Positions 18,479 to 27,282 of a DNA stretch of 64,000 bases are shown here, piece by piece (within the stretch, counting starts at the first letter, position 1; every line of letters begins with the position of its first letter). Source of the DNA: Patescibacteria group bacterium (GTDB taxonomy: Bacteria > Patescibacteriota > Patescibacteriia > PEXW01); assembly GCA_041738495.1 (NCBI GenBank), contig JBGSPR010000011.1, positions 1,495-65,494 on the forward strand, written 5' to 3'. The position numbers and the translations under genes are program-made. The notes under the pieces are model-generated. The model was not told the DNA's origin. It ran no database searches and was given only the letters and a program-made list of their open reading frames with translations.

Positions 18479-20182
18479 ATGACCCTCCGCCGTCGGGTTT
18501 GGATTACCTTCGGACTCACCGTGCTGCTCACCCTCGGAGCGGCGTACGTTGCCCTACCATCCCACCCATCGCTACCAGGTTTCCTGGGTAAGCAGTTTGA
18601 CCTACGACTAGGGCTGGACTTGCAGGGTGGTTCAGCGCTCGTGTACGAGGCGGACACGAGTCAAATTCCTACGGAAGATCACGCACAAGCCATTGAGAGC
18701 GCGCGCGACGTCATTGAGCGTCGGGTGAATGCATTTGGCGTGTCCGAACCCGTTGTGCAAACGAGCCGCGTTGGTGACCGGTGGCGGGTTATTGTGGAGC
18801 TTGCGGGTGTGAAAGATATCTCGCAGGCCATTACCCTCATAGGTGATACGCCCATTCTCGAGTTCCACGAACCTGGAGAACCCACACCACTCACGGAAGA
18901 AGAGAAGGCCGATGTGAACGCGCAGAACGAGGAAATCCGCAAGCAGGCAGAAGATGTCCTGAACCAGGTGAAGGCGAAGCCAGAATCATTCGTTGATCTC
19001 GCAAACGAGTACACTGACGATCCGAGTAACCTCGATGCTACAACGAACACCGCGCGCGGTGGCGATTTAGGTTTTGCCAAGAAGGGTACGTTCGTCGAGG
19101 AGTTTGAGAACACTCTCTTCAACACGTTGAAAGATGGGGAAGTCTCTCAGACCCTTACGAAGACTACTTTTGGCTACCACATCATTAAGCGTGAAGAATC
19201 GCGCACCCAGAATGTGAATGGCACAGACACGCAGGAGGTTCGCGGTCGCCACATTCTGTTCCAAACCGTGAGCGCAGAGCCCACTGCTGGCGCGTACACG
19301 CCCACTGGGCTATCTGGGAAGCAGCTCAAGCGTGCTGCAGTCACGTTTAACCAGTCAACTGGCGAGCCCGAAGTATCGCTCACCTTCAATGACGAAGGGT
19401 CTACGCTCTTTGCGGAAATTACCAAGCGGAACATTGGGAAGAACGTTGCAATTTTTCTAGACGGCGAGGTGATTAGTAACCCGGTTGTAAACCAGGAAAT
19501 CACCGGTGGCCAAGCAGTGATTAGTGGGGGATTCAGCCTCGCTGACGCAAAAGAACTTACGAAGCGACTCAACGCTGGCGCACTACCGGTGCCAATTTCC
19601 CTCGTGAACCAGCAGACCGTGGGCGCATCCCTTGGGTCGGCATCGATAGAACGGAGCTTGTTCGCCGGGCTGCTGGGCATTCTCGTGGTGGCAGTATTCA
19701 TGGTTGTGTTCTACCGCTTGCCAGGCCTCCTCGCGGCAATTGCGTTGGGCGCGTACACCCTCATTGTCTTGGCGATCTTCAAGCTCTGGCCGGTAACGCT
19801 CACGCTCGCTGGAATCGCTGGCTTCATACTCTCCATTGGCATTGCCTTAGATGCCAACATCCTCATCTTCGAACGAACCAAGGAGGAACTGCGGAATGGC
19901 CGTCCGCTCGATGCAGCGATTGAGGAGGGCTTCAAACGCGCGTGGCTTTCGATTCGCGATTCCAACGTCGCGAGCATCATCACCTCCCTCATCCTCATTT
20001 GGTTTGGATCGAGCCTCATCAAAGGATTTGCCATTACCCTCCTCATTGGTATCGTCGTGAGCCTCTTCTCCGCGATAACAGTTACGCGCACGCTCCTTCG
20101 GCTCGTCACAGGAGCAGGATTCGCGCGCCATCCGAAGTTATTCGGAAACGTTGCCGAACGTTCACCTCACATAGAACGCTAG
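18479..20182 (+). CDS. secD: Protein translocase subunit SecD with a parvulin-type PPIase-like domain occupying the P1-head position
   Basis: N-terminal TM, conserved VIVELAGV and ILEFH SecD P1-base motifs, then residues about 140-240 reading GGDLGFAKKGTFVEEFENTLFNTLKDGEVSQT...FGYHIIK (parvulin signature), then a canonical SecD C-terminal 6-TM bundle. Confidence 0.85.
   Translation: MTLRRRVWITFGLTVLLTLGAAYVALPSHPSLPGFLGKQFDLRLGLDLQGGSALVYEADTSQIPTEDHAQAIESARDVIERRVNAFGVSEPVVQTSRVGDRWRVIVELAGVKDISQAITLIGDTPILEFHEPGEPTPLTEEEKADVNAQNEEIRKQAEDVLNQVKAKPESFVDLANEYTDDPSNLDATTNTARGGDLGFAKKGTFVEEFENTLFNTLKDGEVSQTLTKTTFGYHIIKREESRTQNVNGTDTQEVRGRHILFQTVSAEPTAGAYTPTGLSGKQLKRAAVTFNQSTGEPEVSLTFNDEGSTLFAEITKRNIGKNVAIFLDGEVISNPVVNQEITGGQAVISGGFSLADAKELTKRLNAGALPVPISLVNQQTVGASLGSASIERSLFAGLLGILVVAVFMVVFYRLPGLLAAIALGAYTLIVLAIFKLWPVTLTLAGIAGFILSIGIALDANILIFERTKEELRNGRPLDAAIEEGFKRAWLSIRDSNVASIITSLILIWFGSSLIKGFAITLLIGIVVSLFSAITVTRTLLRLVTGAGFARHPKLFGNVAERSPHIER
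18896..19198 (+). other. Parvulin (PpiC/SurA/PrsA-like rotamase) domain segment embedded within SecD
   Basis: GGDLG...FGYHII motif pair diagnostic of parvulins; a downstream RHILF motif at about residues 257-261 suggests permutation or a second partial repeat. Confidence 0.65.
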
Positions 20183-20184
20183 CT

Positions 20185-21078
20185 ATGTACCGCATCATTC
20201 AGAAGCGCAACTACTTGTTCGCCGCCTCCATACTCCTGCTGGTGCCAAGCGTATTTGGACTCATAGTCTGGGGACTGCGTTTGGGTATAGATTTCACTGG
20301 TGGGACGCTCATTCGCTACACGTTTAGCGGACAGCCTCCGGCGACAGCGGTTGTTGAAGAGGCAGCACGAGAAGCAGATCTGCCGAACGTGTTCGTACAG
20401 ACGGCCGGAGACACTGGTTTGACTGTTCGTACCGAACCACTCTCTAACGAACAGCGAGAGTCGTTGACGAGCTCACTCCTCACACGCGAGGCGAGCACGA
20501 TTGAAGAGAGCTTCGAATCCATAGGTCCTACCATAGGCAGCGAGCTCAAGCGCAAGGCCATTACCGCCACGGCAATTGTGCTACTCGTCATCATCATGTA
20601 CATCACCTGGGCGTTCCGCAGAGTATCGGCGGGCCCTGTACCTTCCTGGGCGTACGGCGTGAGCGCTATCATCGCGCTCGCACACGACCTCCTCATGGTA
20701 GTGGGCCTCTTTGCAATATTTGGACACTTCTTTGGCATCGAGGTTGATGCGCTCTTCGTCACTGCCCTCCTCACGGTACTCGGTTTTTCCGTGCACGATA
20801 CAATTGTCGTCTACGATCGCATTCGCGAACGACTCACCGCTGCCGCTGGGCGAACATTTGAGGAGGTTGTGAACGAGAGTTTGAATCAGACAATGGTGCG
20901 GTCAATCAATACCTCGCTCACCGCTCTGCTCATCCTCACCGCGCTGTTCATTTTTGGCGGTTCCACGATCAAGCCATTCATCCTCGCTCTGCTCATTGGC
21001 ATTGCTTCCGGAACCTACTCGTCCATCTTCATTGCTGCGCCGCTTCTCGTGATTTGGCAGCAGCGCCGCAAGGGCTGA
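20185..21078 (+). CDS. secF: Protein translocase subunit SecF
   Basis: Start MYRIIQKRNYLF at ATG 20185, 3 nt after the secD stop; SecF TM bundle motifs. Confidence 0.88.
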   Translation: MYRIIQKRNYLFAASILLLVPSVFGLIVWGLRLGIDFTGGTLIRYTFSGQPPATAVVEEAAREADLPNVFVQTAGDTGLTVRTEPLSNEQRESLTSSLLTREASTIEESFESIGPTIGSELKRKAITATAIVLLVIIMYITWAFRRVSAGPVPSWAYGVSAIIALAHDLLMVVGLFAIFGHFFGIEVDALFVTALLTVLGFSVHDTIVVYDRIRERLTAAAGRTFEEVVNESLNQTMVRSINTSLTALLILTALFIFGGSTIKPFILALLIGIASGTYSSIFIAAPLLVIWQQRRKG

Positions 21079-21127
21079 GGCGCGCTTTCGTGGTTGGAAA
21101 GCGCTCTTTTATGTTTATCCATGAAAC

Positions 21128-21156
21128 TTGACAGAAAATCAATAAAGTGCTATATT
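21128..21156 (+). promoter_or_regulatory. Near-consensus sigma70 promoter TTGACA-17-(TGc)TATATT
   Basis: TTGACA 21128-33, 17-nt spacer, extended TG at 21148-49, TATATT 21151-56. The first ATG of the downstream gene is at 21165, implying a leaderless or very short leader. Confidence 0.6.
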
Positions 21157-21164
21157 TTACCTAT

Positions 21165-22298
21165 ATGGATGATACTGACCAAAGTCCATCGAACTCCATA
21201 CTCGATCAAGTGCTCTCCAAGAAACAGCTAGACGTCATTGAGCACTTCAGCCCACTCGAGGTTATGGCACAACTCCTGAAACTCCTCACGAGCCGTGAAG
21301 AGGAGGTTTTACGTCGTCGGTACGGACTCCAGGGTAAGGCGCCAGAAACTCTGGAGCACATAGGTGCTCAGTATAACGTTACGCGCGAACGGATTCGGCA
21401 AATCGAATCTGGTGCTGTGCAGAAGTTGCGCAAGCACGGTGATGTCATGCGGATCGTCCGACCAATCGCCGACGCCGTACGCACGCTCCTGGATCAGCAC
21501 GGTGGTGTACTCCGAGAGGACGCACTCTTGCAAAATCTCATAGGCACAGATGACGATGTGCAGACGTCGCAAGCAGCAACGCTCTTCATCATCCGCAACC
21601 TCTTGCACCAGCACGTTCGACCCTACACGTCGGACGAAGCGCACCCAACGTGGCAACTCGTGACAGCGCCGACGCACCTTGTCCGCGAGGTTATGCGACT
21701 CGCACAAGATGCGCTCGCAGCAAAGGAGAAGCCCATTGCTGCTGCAGAACTCCTCACGCTACTACGCGAAACACCTTTCGTACAGGAGCACACGTACCAG
21801 CTGAGTGATGCTGCGTTGCAGTCGTACGTTGATGTGTGCAAGAAGATTGCACGAAATCCTTACGATGAGTACGGGCTCGTGCAGTGGGGGAGTATTGTAC
21901 CAAAGCGCATGAATGATAAAATTTACCTGGTCCTCAAGAAAGCAGGGAAGCCGTTACACTTCAATGAAATTACTAAGCTCATTAACGACACGCACTTTGA
22001 CCATCGTACCGCGTACCCACCTACAGTGCACAACGAGCTCATCTTGAATGATCGGTACGTTCTCGTCGGCCGAGGGATCTACGCCCTCAAAGAGTGGGGC
22101 TACCGTGCAGGGGTTGTTGCAGATATCCTCGTTGACGCACTCACCTCCGCGGGCCAGCCAATGACTCGAGACGCGCTCGTTGAAGCTGTGCTCAAGCAAC
22201 GCCTTGTGAAGCGGAACACCATTCACCTCGCGCTCACTAATCGCAAACGCTTTCAAAAAAACTCTGACGGCACGTACAGCCTCGCGCCGGCAGCCTAA
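21165..22298 (+). CDS. Sigma-70 region-4 (HTH) domain protein with a roughly 280-aa uncharacterised C-terminal domain
   Basis: N-terminal SREEEVLRRRYGLQGKAPETLEHIGAQYNVTRERIRQIESGAVQKLRK is a textbook sigma region 4.2 HTH. No regions 2/3. The ORF tracker start (GTG 21147) overlaps the predicted -10, so ATG 21165 is preferred. Confidence 0.65.
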   Translation: MDDTDQSPSNSILDQVLSKKQLDVIEHFSPLEVMAQLLKLLTSREEEVLRRRYGLQGKAPETLEHIGAQYNVTRERIRQIESGAVQKLRKHGDVMRIVRPIADAVRTLLDQHGGVLREDALLQNLIGTDDDVQTSQAATLFIIRNLLHQHVRPYTSDEAHPTWQLVTAPTHLVREVMRLAQDALAAKEKPIAAAELLTLLRETPFVQEHTYQLSDAALQSYVDVCKKIARNPYDEYGLVQWGSIVPKRMNDKIYLVLKKAGKPLHFNEITKLINDTHFDHRTAYPPTVHNELILNDRYVLVGRGIYALKEWGYRAGVVADILVDALTSAGQPMTRDALVEAVLKQRLVKRNTIHLALTNRKRFQKNSDGTYSLAPAA

Positions 22299-22306
22299 CG
22301 CACACC

Positions 22307-23842
22307 ATGGCCGTTATTGATCTTTCTGGTCTCGTTACGGACTTTCAGAGTTCGTCGGGTAACCCAGCTTCGATGTTCTGGTTCATCTTCCGCAATGGAG
22401 GGTGGCTTGGCGTTGTCATTACCTTACTCGCGGGCTTCAAGTTCTCGTGGCTAGAGTACATCCAGCGTCGGTACATTGCGAAGAACTACGATGGGAAGTA
22501 CGTGGTGCTAGCTATTGACTCACCCAAGAACACCGAGCAAACCCCGAAAGCTGCTGAGCAAATGTTCGCGCACTTTGCGGGCATATCGAAAGGTCCAATT
22601 TTTTCTGAAAAGTGGGGCTTGCCGTTTACCGAATTCTGGAGTTACGGGTTTGTCCCGCCGTCCATGTCTGTTGAAATCGCGAGTCTCGGAGGGTACGTGC
22701 AATTCTTCGTGCGATGTCTCATCGCCCAGCGAGACATCATTGAGGCTGCAGTGTACGCGCAGTACCCTGATGCTGAAATTACCGAAGTTGAAGACTACGT
22801 TGATCTCATGCCGAAACCTCGTGAACTCCCTCACGCCGAATGGGATTGCTGGTCTGCACAGATTTCTTTCCTGCGCCATTCTGCGTACCCCATTCGAACC
22901 TACCCCATGTTCGAGCACGGACTCTCTCAGAAGCTCATCGATCCTATTGCACCACTCATGGAGGTGATGAGTCGCATTAGTCCTGACGAGCAGATGTGGG
23001 TGCAGTGGGTGCTCCAGCAGGACTACCCGCCTGACGAGTGGCGAGAGAAGGGTGAGGGCATTGTCATGAAGCTCATTGGGAAAAAGGGGAAGGCTCCAGC
23101 GAACCCTTGGGATATACCCCGCAAGCTCGGGAAAGATGTATGGGAAGCGGGTACCGCTTCGCTCTTGGGGATTAACCCAGAAAATGAAAGGCAGAAGAAG
23201 GACGATCCTCCTTCCCTCATGCTCCACCTCTCTCCCGGCGAGCGTGACACGGTGACGCAGATGCAGATGAAGCTCTCCAAGGTCGCCTTCAAGTGCAAGA
23301 TGCGCTACATCTACTGGGGGAAAATAACTCCCGGACCGGATGGAAAGAAACCTTTCAATAAGGCTCGTGGTGTGAATGGGTTCCTAGGTTGGCTACGGCA
23401 ATTTGCGATTTCCGACTCGAACTTGTTCAGCGTCTACAAGCAGACGAAAACCGGCGACATCATTTGGTTCAAGAACATGCGCATGCTCGATCGTAAGCGC
23501 CGTAACTTGTACAACTTCCGTAACCGTTCTGCGTGGCGTGGGCGTAAGCCAATTTTCCTCACTGTTGAAGAAATGGCAACGCTCTTTCACTTCCCAATTA
23601 TCGACGTGAAGGCAGCGCAGGTAATGAAGACGGAAACCAAGCGCGCCGGCGCTCCAACGAGTCTCCCGGTTGAAAACCCACTACCCATCCAGAGAGTACG
23701 GGGTGTGAACCTGCAACCCCCACCAGTTGCCGAGCCGCGCGAACCAGCGCTACCCCTCGCGCCCGCCGCCCCTCCCGGTGGCCAAGCTTCGCCTGCCGCG
23801 AAAGAACCGGAAGTGCCCGTCAATCTCCCATTCGTCGAGTAG
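22307..23842 (+). CDS. Membrane-anchored hypothetical protein (single N-terminal TM, large extracytoplasmic or cytoplasmic domain, Pro-rich C-terminus)
   Basis: 511 aa; hydrophobic segment FWFIFRNGGWLGVVITLLAGF; no recognisable family; stop 1 nt before the downstream ATPase start. Confidence 0.5.
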   Translation: MAVIDLSGLVTDFQSSSGNPASMFWFIFRNGGWLGVVITLLAGFKFSWLEYIQRRYIAKNYDGKYVVLAIDSPKNTEQTPKAAEQMFAHFAGISKGPIFSEKWGLPFTEFWSYGFVPPSMSVEIASLGGYVQFFVRCLIAQRDIIEAAVYAQYPDAEITEVEDYVDLMPKPRELPHAEWDCWSAQISFLRHSAYPIRTYPMFEHGLSQKLIDPIAPLMEVMSRISPDEQMWVQWVLQQDYPPDEWREKGEGIVMKLIGKKGKAPANPWDIPRKLGKDVWEAGTASLLGINPENERQKKDDPPSLMLHLSPGERDTVTQMQMKLSKVAFKCKMRYIYWGKITPGPDGKKPFNKARGVNGFLGWLRQFAISDSNLFSVYKQTKTGDIIWFKNMRMLDRKRRNLYNFRNRSAWRGRKPIFLTVEEMATLFHFPIIDVKAAQVMKTETKRAGAPTSLPVENPLPIQRVRGVNLQPPPVAEPREPALPLAPAAPPGGQASPAAKEPEVPVNLPFVE

Positions 23843-23843
23843 C

Positions 23844-25490
23844 ATGCACGACCCCACGAGTATCAACGTCTTCGCCGAAACAAACTACCGCGGACAGCAC
23901 CGGCGTTTTGGCATTAAGGTTGACGACCGACGCCGTCACATGTACTTGGTTGGGAAAACTGGTATGGGCAAGTCGACGGTTATGGAGCGCATGATCGTCA
24001 ATGACATGGTTGCTGGCCACGGTTTGGCGTTGGTTGACCCGCACGGCGACTTGGTGGAAAAAATGCTGCAGTACGTACCAGACCATCGCGTGAACGACGT
24101 CGTGTACTTCAACCCGTCGGACATCGAACACCCGATTGGGTTCAACGTGCTCGAGGCAGTTGATGCAGTGCAGCGACACCTCGTGGCGTCTGGGCTCATG
24201 GGCGTCTTCACGAAGATTTGGGAAGGGGTGTGGAGCGCGCGCATGGAGTACATTCTGAATAACACCATCCTCGCACTGCTCGAGTACCCAGGATCAACAA
24301 TGCTCGGCATCGCGCGCATGCTCGTCGATGGTCGGTACCGCACTCGCGTACTCACCAAAGTGACCGACCCAATTGTGAAGGGGTTTTGGGTGGATGAATT
24401 TGCAAATTACAACGATAAGTTTAGGAATGAGGCTGTGGCGCCTATCCAGAACAAGGTTGGTCAGTTCCTCTCCAGCGCAATCATCCGGAATATCGTTGGT
24501 CAGCCGAAGAGCACCATCGACCTGCGCGACATCATGGACTCGAAGAAAATTCTCCTCCTCAACTTAGCGAAAGGCCGTATTGGTGAGGACAACTCGCGTT
24601 TGCTCGGTGCCATGATGATTACCCGGTTGCAGCTCGCAGCCATGAGTCGTGTGGATATCCCAGAGCCAGAGCGCAGCGACTTTTTCCTCTACGTCGATGA
24701 GTTCCAGAACTTCGCGACGGTGAGCTTCGCGAACATTCTCTCCGAAGCCCGTAAGTACCGACTCAACCTCATCATCGCGCACCAGTACATCGAGCAGCTC
24801 GATGAGAAAGTAGCCCCGGCGGTGTTCGGTAACGTGGGAACCATCATGGCCTTTCGCGTTGGTGGAGCCGATGCAGAGTTTTTGGAAAAAGAGTTCTTCC
24901 CAACGTTCCTGCAAACTGATTTGGTGAATTTGCCGAAGTACGAAGTCTACCTCAAGCTCATGATCGATGGCGTTGCCTCGGAACCGTTTAGCGCCACGAC
25001 CCTCCCACCGACGGAGCTCATCCAGACCAATAATTGGGAGAAAGTAGTTGCCGTATCGCGAGAACGGTACGCACAACGACGTGCAGAAGTGGAGGAAAAA
25101 ATTCTTCGCTGGAGTGGCGTGGAAGATGTGTACCGTTCTGCGGCGCAGGAAGAGAATCTCGCAGCGCAGCAGGAGGAATCCATTTACCGTCCTGAGGGGA
25201 AGCGGCGTCGACCCCCGAAGGATTTATTCCAACGCGACAGCGTAGTGGTGGAGCCCGTCGTGAAGGGTGAGGAGCAGCCCTCGCTTCGTCTCGCTGACCT
25301 CATCCAGCAGCAACCCAGCGCGCCCACTCCTCCACGTCCCGTTACCTCACCACAGTCTCCGGTAGAGCAAAATTCACAGCAAGCGCAGCCAGCGCCCGAG
25401 CGTCCTCAGCAACAAGGGTATCGACCGCAGCGGCCAGATCGGCGACGGCCGCAACGGATGACGCCGTTCGGGAATACTGTGCGTTTCTAG
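23844..25490 (+). CDS. VirD4/TraD/TraG-like type IV coupling protein (T4CP) family P-loop ATPase with Pro/Gln-rich C-terminal tail
   Basis: Start MHDPTSINVF at ATG 23844; Walker A LVGKTGMGKST; Walker B LYVDEFQNF; conserved RKYRLNLIIAHQ motif typical of T4CP/TrwB-like ATPases. Confidence 0.75.
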   Translation: MHDPTSINVFAETNYRGQHRRFGIKVDDRRRHMYLVGKTGMGKSTVMERMIVNDMVAGHGLALVDPHGDLVEKMLQYVPDHRVNDVVYFNPSDIEHPIGFNVLEAVDAVQRHLVASGLMGVFTKIWEGVWSARMEYILNNTILALLEYPGSTMLGIARMLVDGRYRTRVLTKVTDPIVKGFWVDEFANYNDKFRNEAVAPIQNKVGQFLSSAIIRNIVGQPKSTIDLRDIMDSKKILLLNLAKGRIGEDNSRLLGAMMITRLQLAAMSRVDIPEPERSDFFLYVDEFQNFATVSFANILSEARKYRLNLIIAHQYIEQLDEKVAPAVFGNVGTIMAFRVGGADAEFLEKEFFPTFLQTDLVNLPKYEVYLKLMIDGVASEPFSATTLPPTELIQTNNWEKVVAVSRERYAQRRAEVEEKILRWSGVEDVYRSAAQEENLAAQQEESIYRPEGKRRRPPKDLFQRDSVVVEPVVKGEEQPSLRLADLIQQQPSAPTPPRPVTSPQSPVEQNSQQAQPAPERPQQQGYRPQRPDRRRPQRMTPFGNTVRF

Positions 25491-25529
25491 GTCTCGACGA
25501 ACCGGCCGCGCTACGCTACCGTAAAGGTC

Positions 25530-26288
25530 ATGCGCATTGTTTCGCTTTCCCCAAGTTCGACGGAAATTGCCTTTGCCCTCGGAGCAGGTGAAGATGTTAT
25601 TGCAGTTACGCACCTGTGCGACTATCCGCTCGCAGCACAGCGACGTGAACGCGTGGGATCCTGGATTCATACTGACGCAGAGCAACTTGCTCATTTACGT
25701 CCAGACATCATTCTCACCACGAACTACGTCCCTGAAGAACTTCGCTCGCACGACGCGCTCTCCCAGCGAGTGCTCACCCTCGAACCATCGAGTCTCGCGA
25801 GCGTTCTCGAGAGCATTCTCGAGGTGGGGTGGCACCTTGGTCGGTACACAGCTGCAGAAGAGCTCGTTGGTGAGATGCAGAAATCTCTGGAGGTGCTCCG
25901 TTCGTCGCAGCCTGCCCACCAACTGCGAGTCTACTGCGAGGAACGCCCGGATCCACCCACACGCGCAGGGTACTGGGTACCGGAACTCGTAGAACTTGCT
26001 GGTGGGATTCCGGTTGGTGGTGTGCATGCAAACCCGAGTAGTCCCGTGCAGGTCGATGCACTGCGAGCAGAGGATCCAGATCTCATGGTTTTCCACTGGT
26101 GCAATCCTGGCGAGTCGCACGACCCGCAGCAGGTAGCTCAGCGGCCTGGCTGGGAGGATTTCCGCGCAGTACGTTCGCAGGCGTTCGCTTTCATCCCGCA
26201 CGACATTCTCAACCGGCCGGGTCCCCGGCTGGTCGATGGGGCACGAGCACTGCAAGGTATCCTCCACGCACACCAGCGTAGCCGCTAG
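25530..26288 (+). CDS. BtuF/TroA-like (cobalamin/siderophore-type) periplasmic-binding-fold protein without signal peptide
   Basis: MRIVSLSPSSTEIAFALGAGEDVIAVTHLCDYP...PDIILTT pattern of class III SBPs; no N-terminal signal; no ABC permease or ATPase partners nearby. Confidence 0.5.
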   Translation: MRIVSLSPSSTEIAFALGAGEDVIAVTHLCDYPLAAQRRERVGSWIHTDAEQLAHLRPDIILTTNYVPEELRSHDALSQRVLTLEPSSLASVLESILEVGWHLGRYTAAEELVGEMQKSLEVLRSSQPAHQLRVYCEERPDPPTRAGYWVPELVELAGGIPVGGVHANPSSPVQVDALRAEDPDLMVFHWCNPGESHDPQQVAQRPGWEDFRAVRSQAFAFIPHDILNRPGPRLVDGARALQGILHAHQRSR

Positions 26289-26328
26289 GAGGGTTGTCGT
26301 CCGCCAGGAGAGCTGCTAGCATCGGTGT

Positions 26329-27282
26329 ATGATGCAACGCTCGGTTTCTTTCGTTTGCCCCGCCTACAACGAGCGGGAAAGCCTCCCGGAGCTCATCACA
26401 GAGCTGCGCACACTTGCGAACCAGCACGGCTACCAGTACGAAATCATCATTGTTGATGATGGGTCTTCTGATGCAACGGCGCAGTACCTCCGACGTGAAG
26501 CGCAGGCAGACAGTCGGCTCCACCCCATTATTCTTCGAAGGAATATGGGGAAGGCAACGGCTCTGCACGTGGGCTTCCAGCGTTCGCGCGGGGATGTCGT
26601 CGTGACGCTCGATGCCGATTTGCAGAACGATCCTGGGGAAGTCCCTAAGTTGATAGCGCGCATGGATGAGAGCGGGGCAGACATTGTTACCGGGTGGAAG
26701 TTCGATCGTCCAGACACCCTAGAGAAGCGCTTGCCATCGCGGGTGTTCAACGCCGTGACGCGTACGCTCTCGGGCGTTCGATTGCACGACTTCAACTCTG
26801 GCATCAAGGTGTACACTCGAAGTGCGGCGAGAGCCCTGGATTTGTACGGCGAGCTGCACCGCTACATTCCCATCTTGGCGCACCAGCAAGGTTTCACTAC
26901 CGTCGAGGAGCAGACGCACACCCGCCAGAGGAAGTTTGGTGAAACCAAGTACAAGGGCAAGCGGTACTTCCGTGGGTTCTTCGACCTCATCACCGTTCTC
27001 TTCTTAACCAAGTACAGCCGGCGCCCCCTCCACTTCTTCGGGGGAATTGGCGCACTCCTTGGTGTTGCAGGATCACTTGCCGTTGCGTACCTGCTGGGTG
27101 TGAAGTTCATAGGTGGGGAATCCATTGGCACTCGACCACTCCTCACCTTCGGTATTTTTGCGATTCTCATTGGCTTGCAGCTCGTCGTCACGGGTCTCCT
27201 CGCTGAGCTCATCGTCCGTCACGTTGGGCAGCGCCAGCTCCCGATTCGAGACGAGTGGAATGGGAGTGGCCCCCTTGCCTAA
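26329..27282 (+). CDS. GT2 polyprenyl-phosphate glycosyltransferase (Dpm1/GtrB/ArnC-like) with C-terminal TM helices
   Basis: SFVCPAYNERESL...IIVDDGSSD...TLDADLQNDP (DXD) and two C-terminal TM segments typical of Dpm1/GtrB. Confidence 0.8.
   Translation: MMQRSVSFVCPAYNERESLPELITELRTLANQHGYQYEIIIVDDGSSDATAQYLRREAQADSRLHPIILRRNMGKATALHVGFQRSRGDVVVTLDADLQNDPGEVPKLIARMDESGADIVTGWKFDRPDTLEKRLPSRVFNAVTRTLSGVRLHDFNSGIKVYTRSAARALDLYGELHRYIPILAHQQGFTTVEEQTHTRQRKFGETKYKGKRYFRGFFDLITVLFLTKYSRRPLHFFGGIGALLGVAGSLAVAYLLGVKFIGGESIGTRPLLTFGIFAILIGLQLVVTGLLAELIVRHVGQRQLPIRDEWNGSGPLA

Noticed and set aside
21080-21146. Small RNA or riboswitch in the AT-rich secF-HTH spacer
   Set aside because: The spacer is fully explained by a near-consensus sigma70 promoter. 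No conserved riboswitch-like structure was recognisable by eye.
27113-27259. N-terminal extension of the 846-aa ORF overlapping the GT2 gene
   Set aside because: This stretch overlaps the GT2 C-terminal TM region in another frame. The hydrophobic flippase-like protein begins convincingly at ATG 27260.
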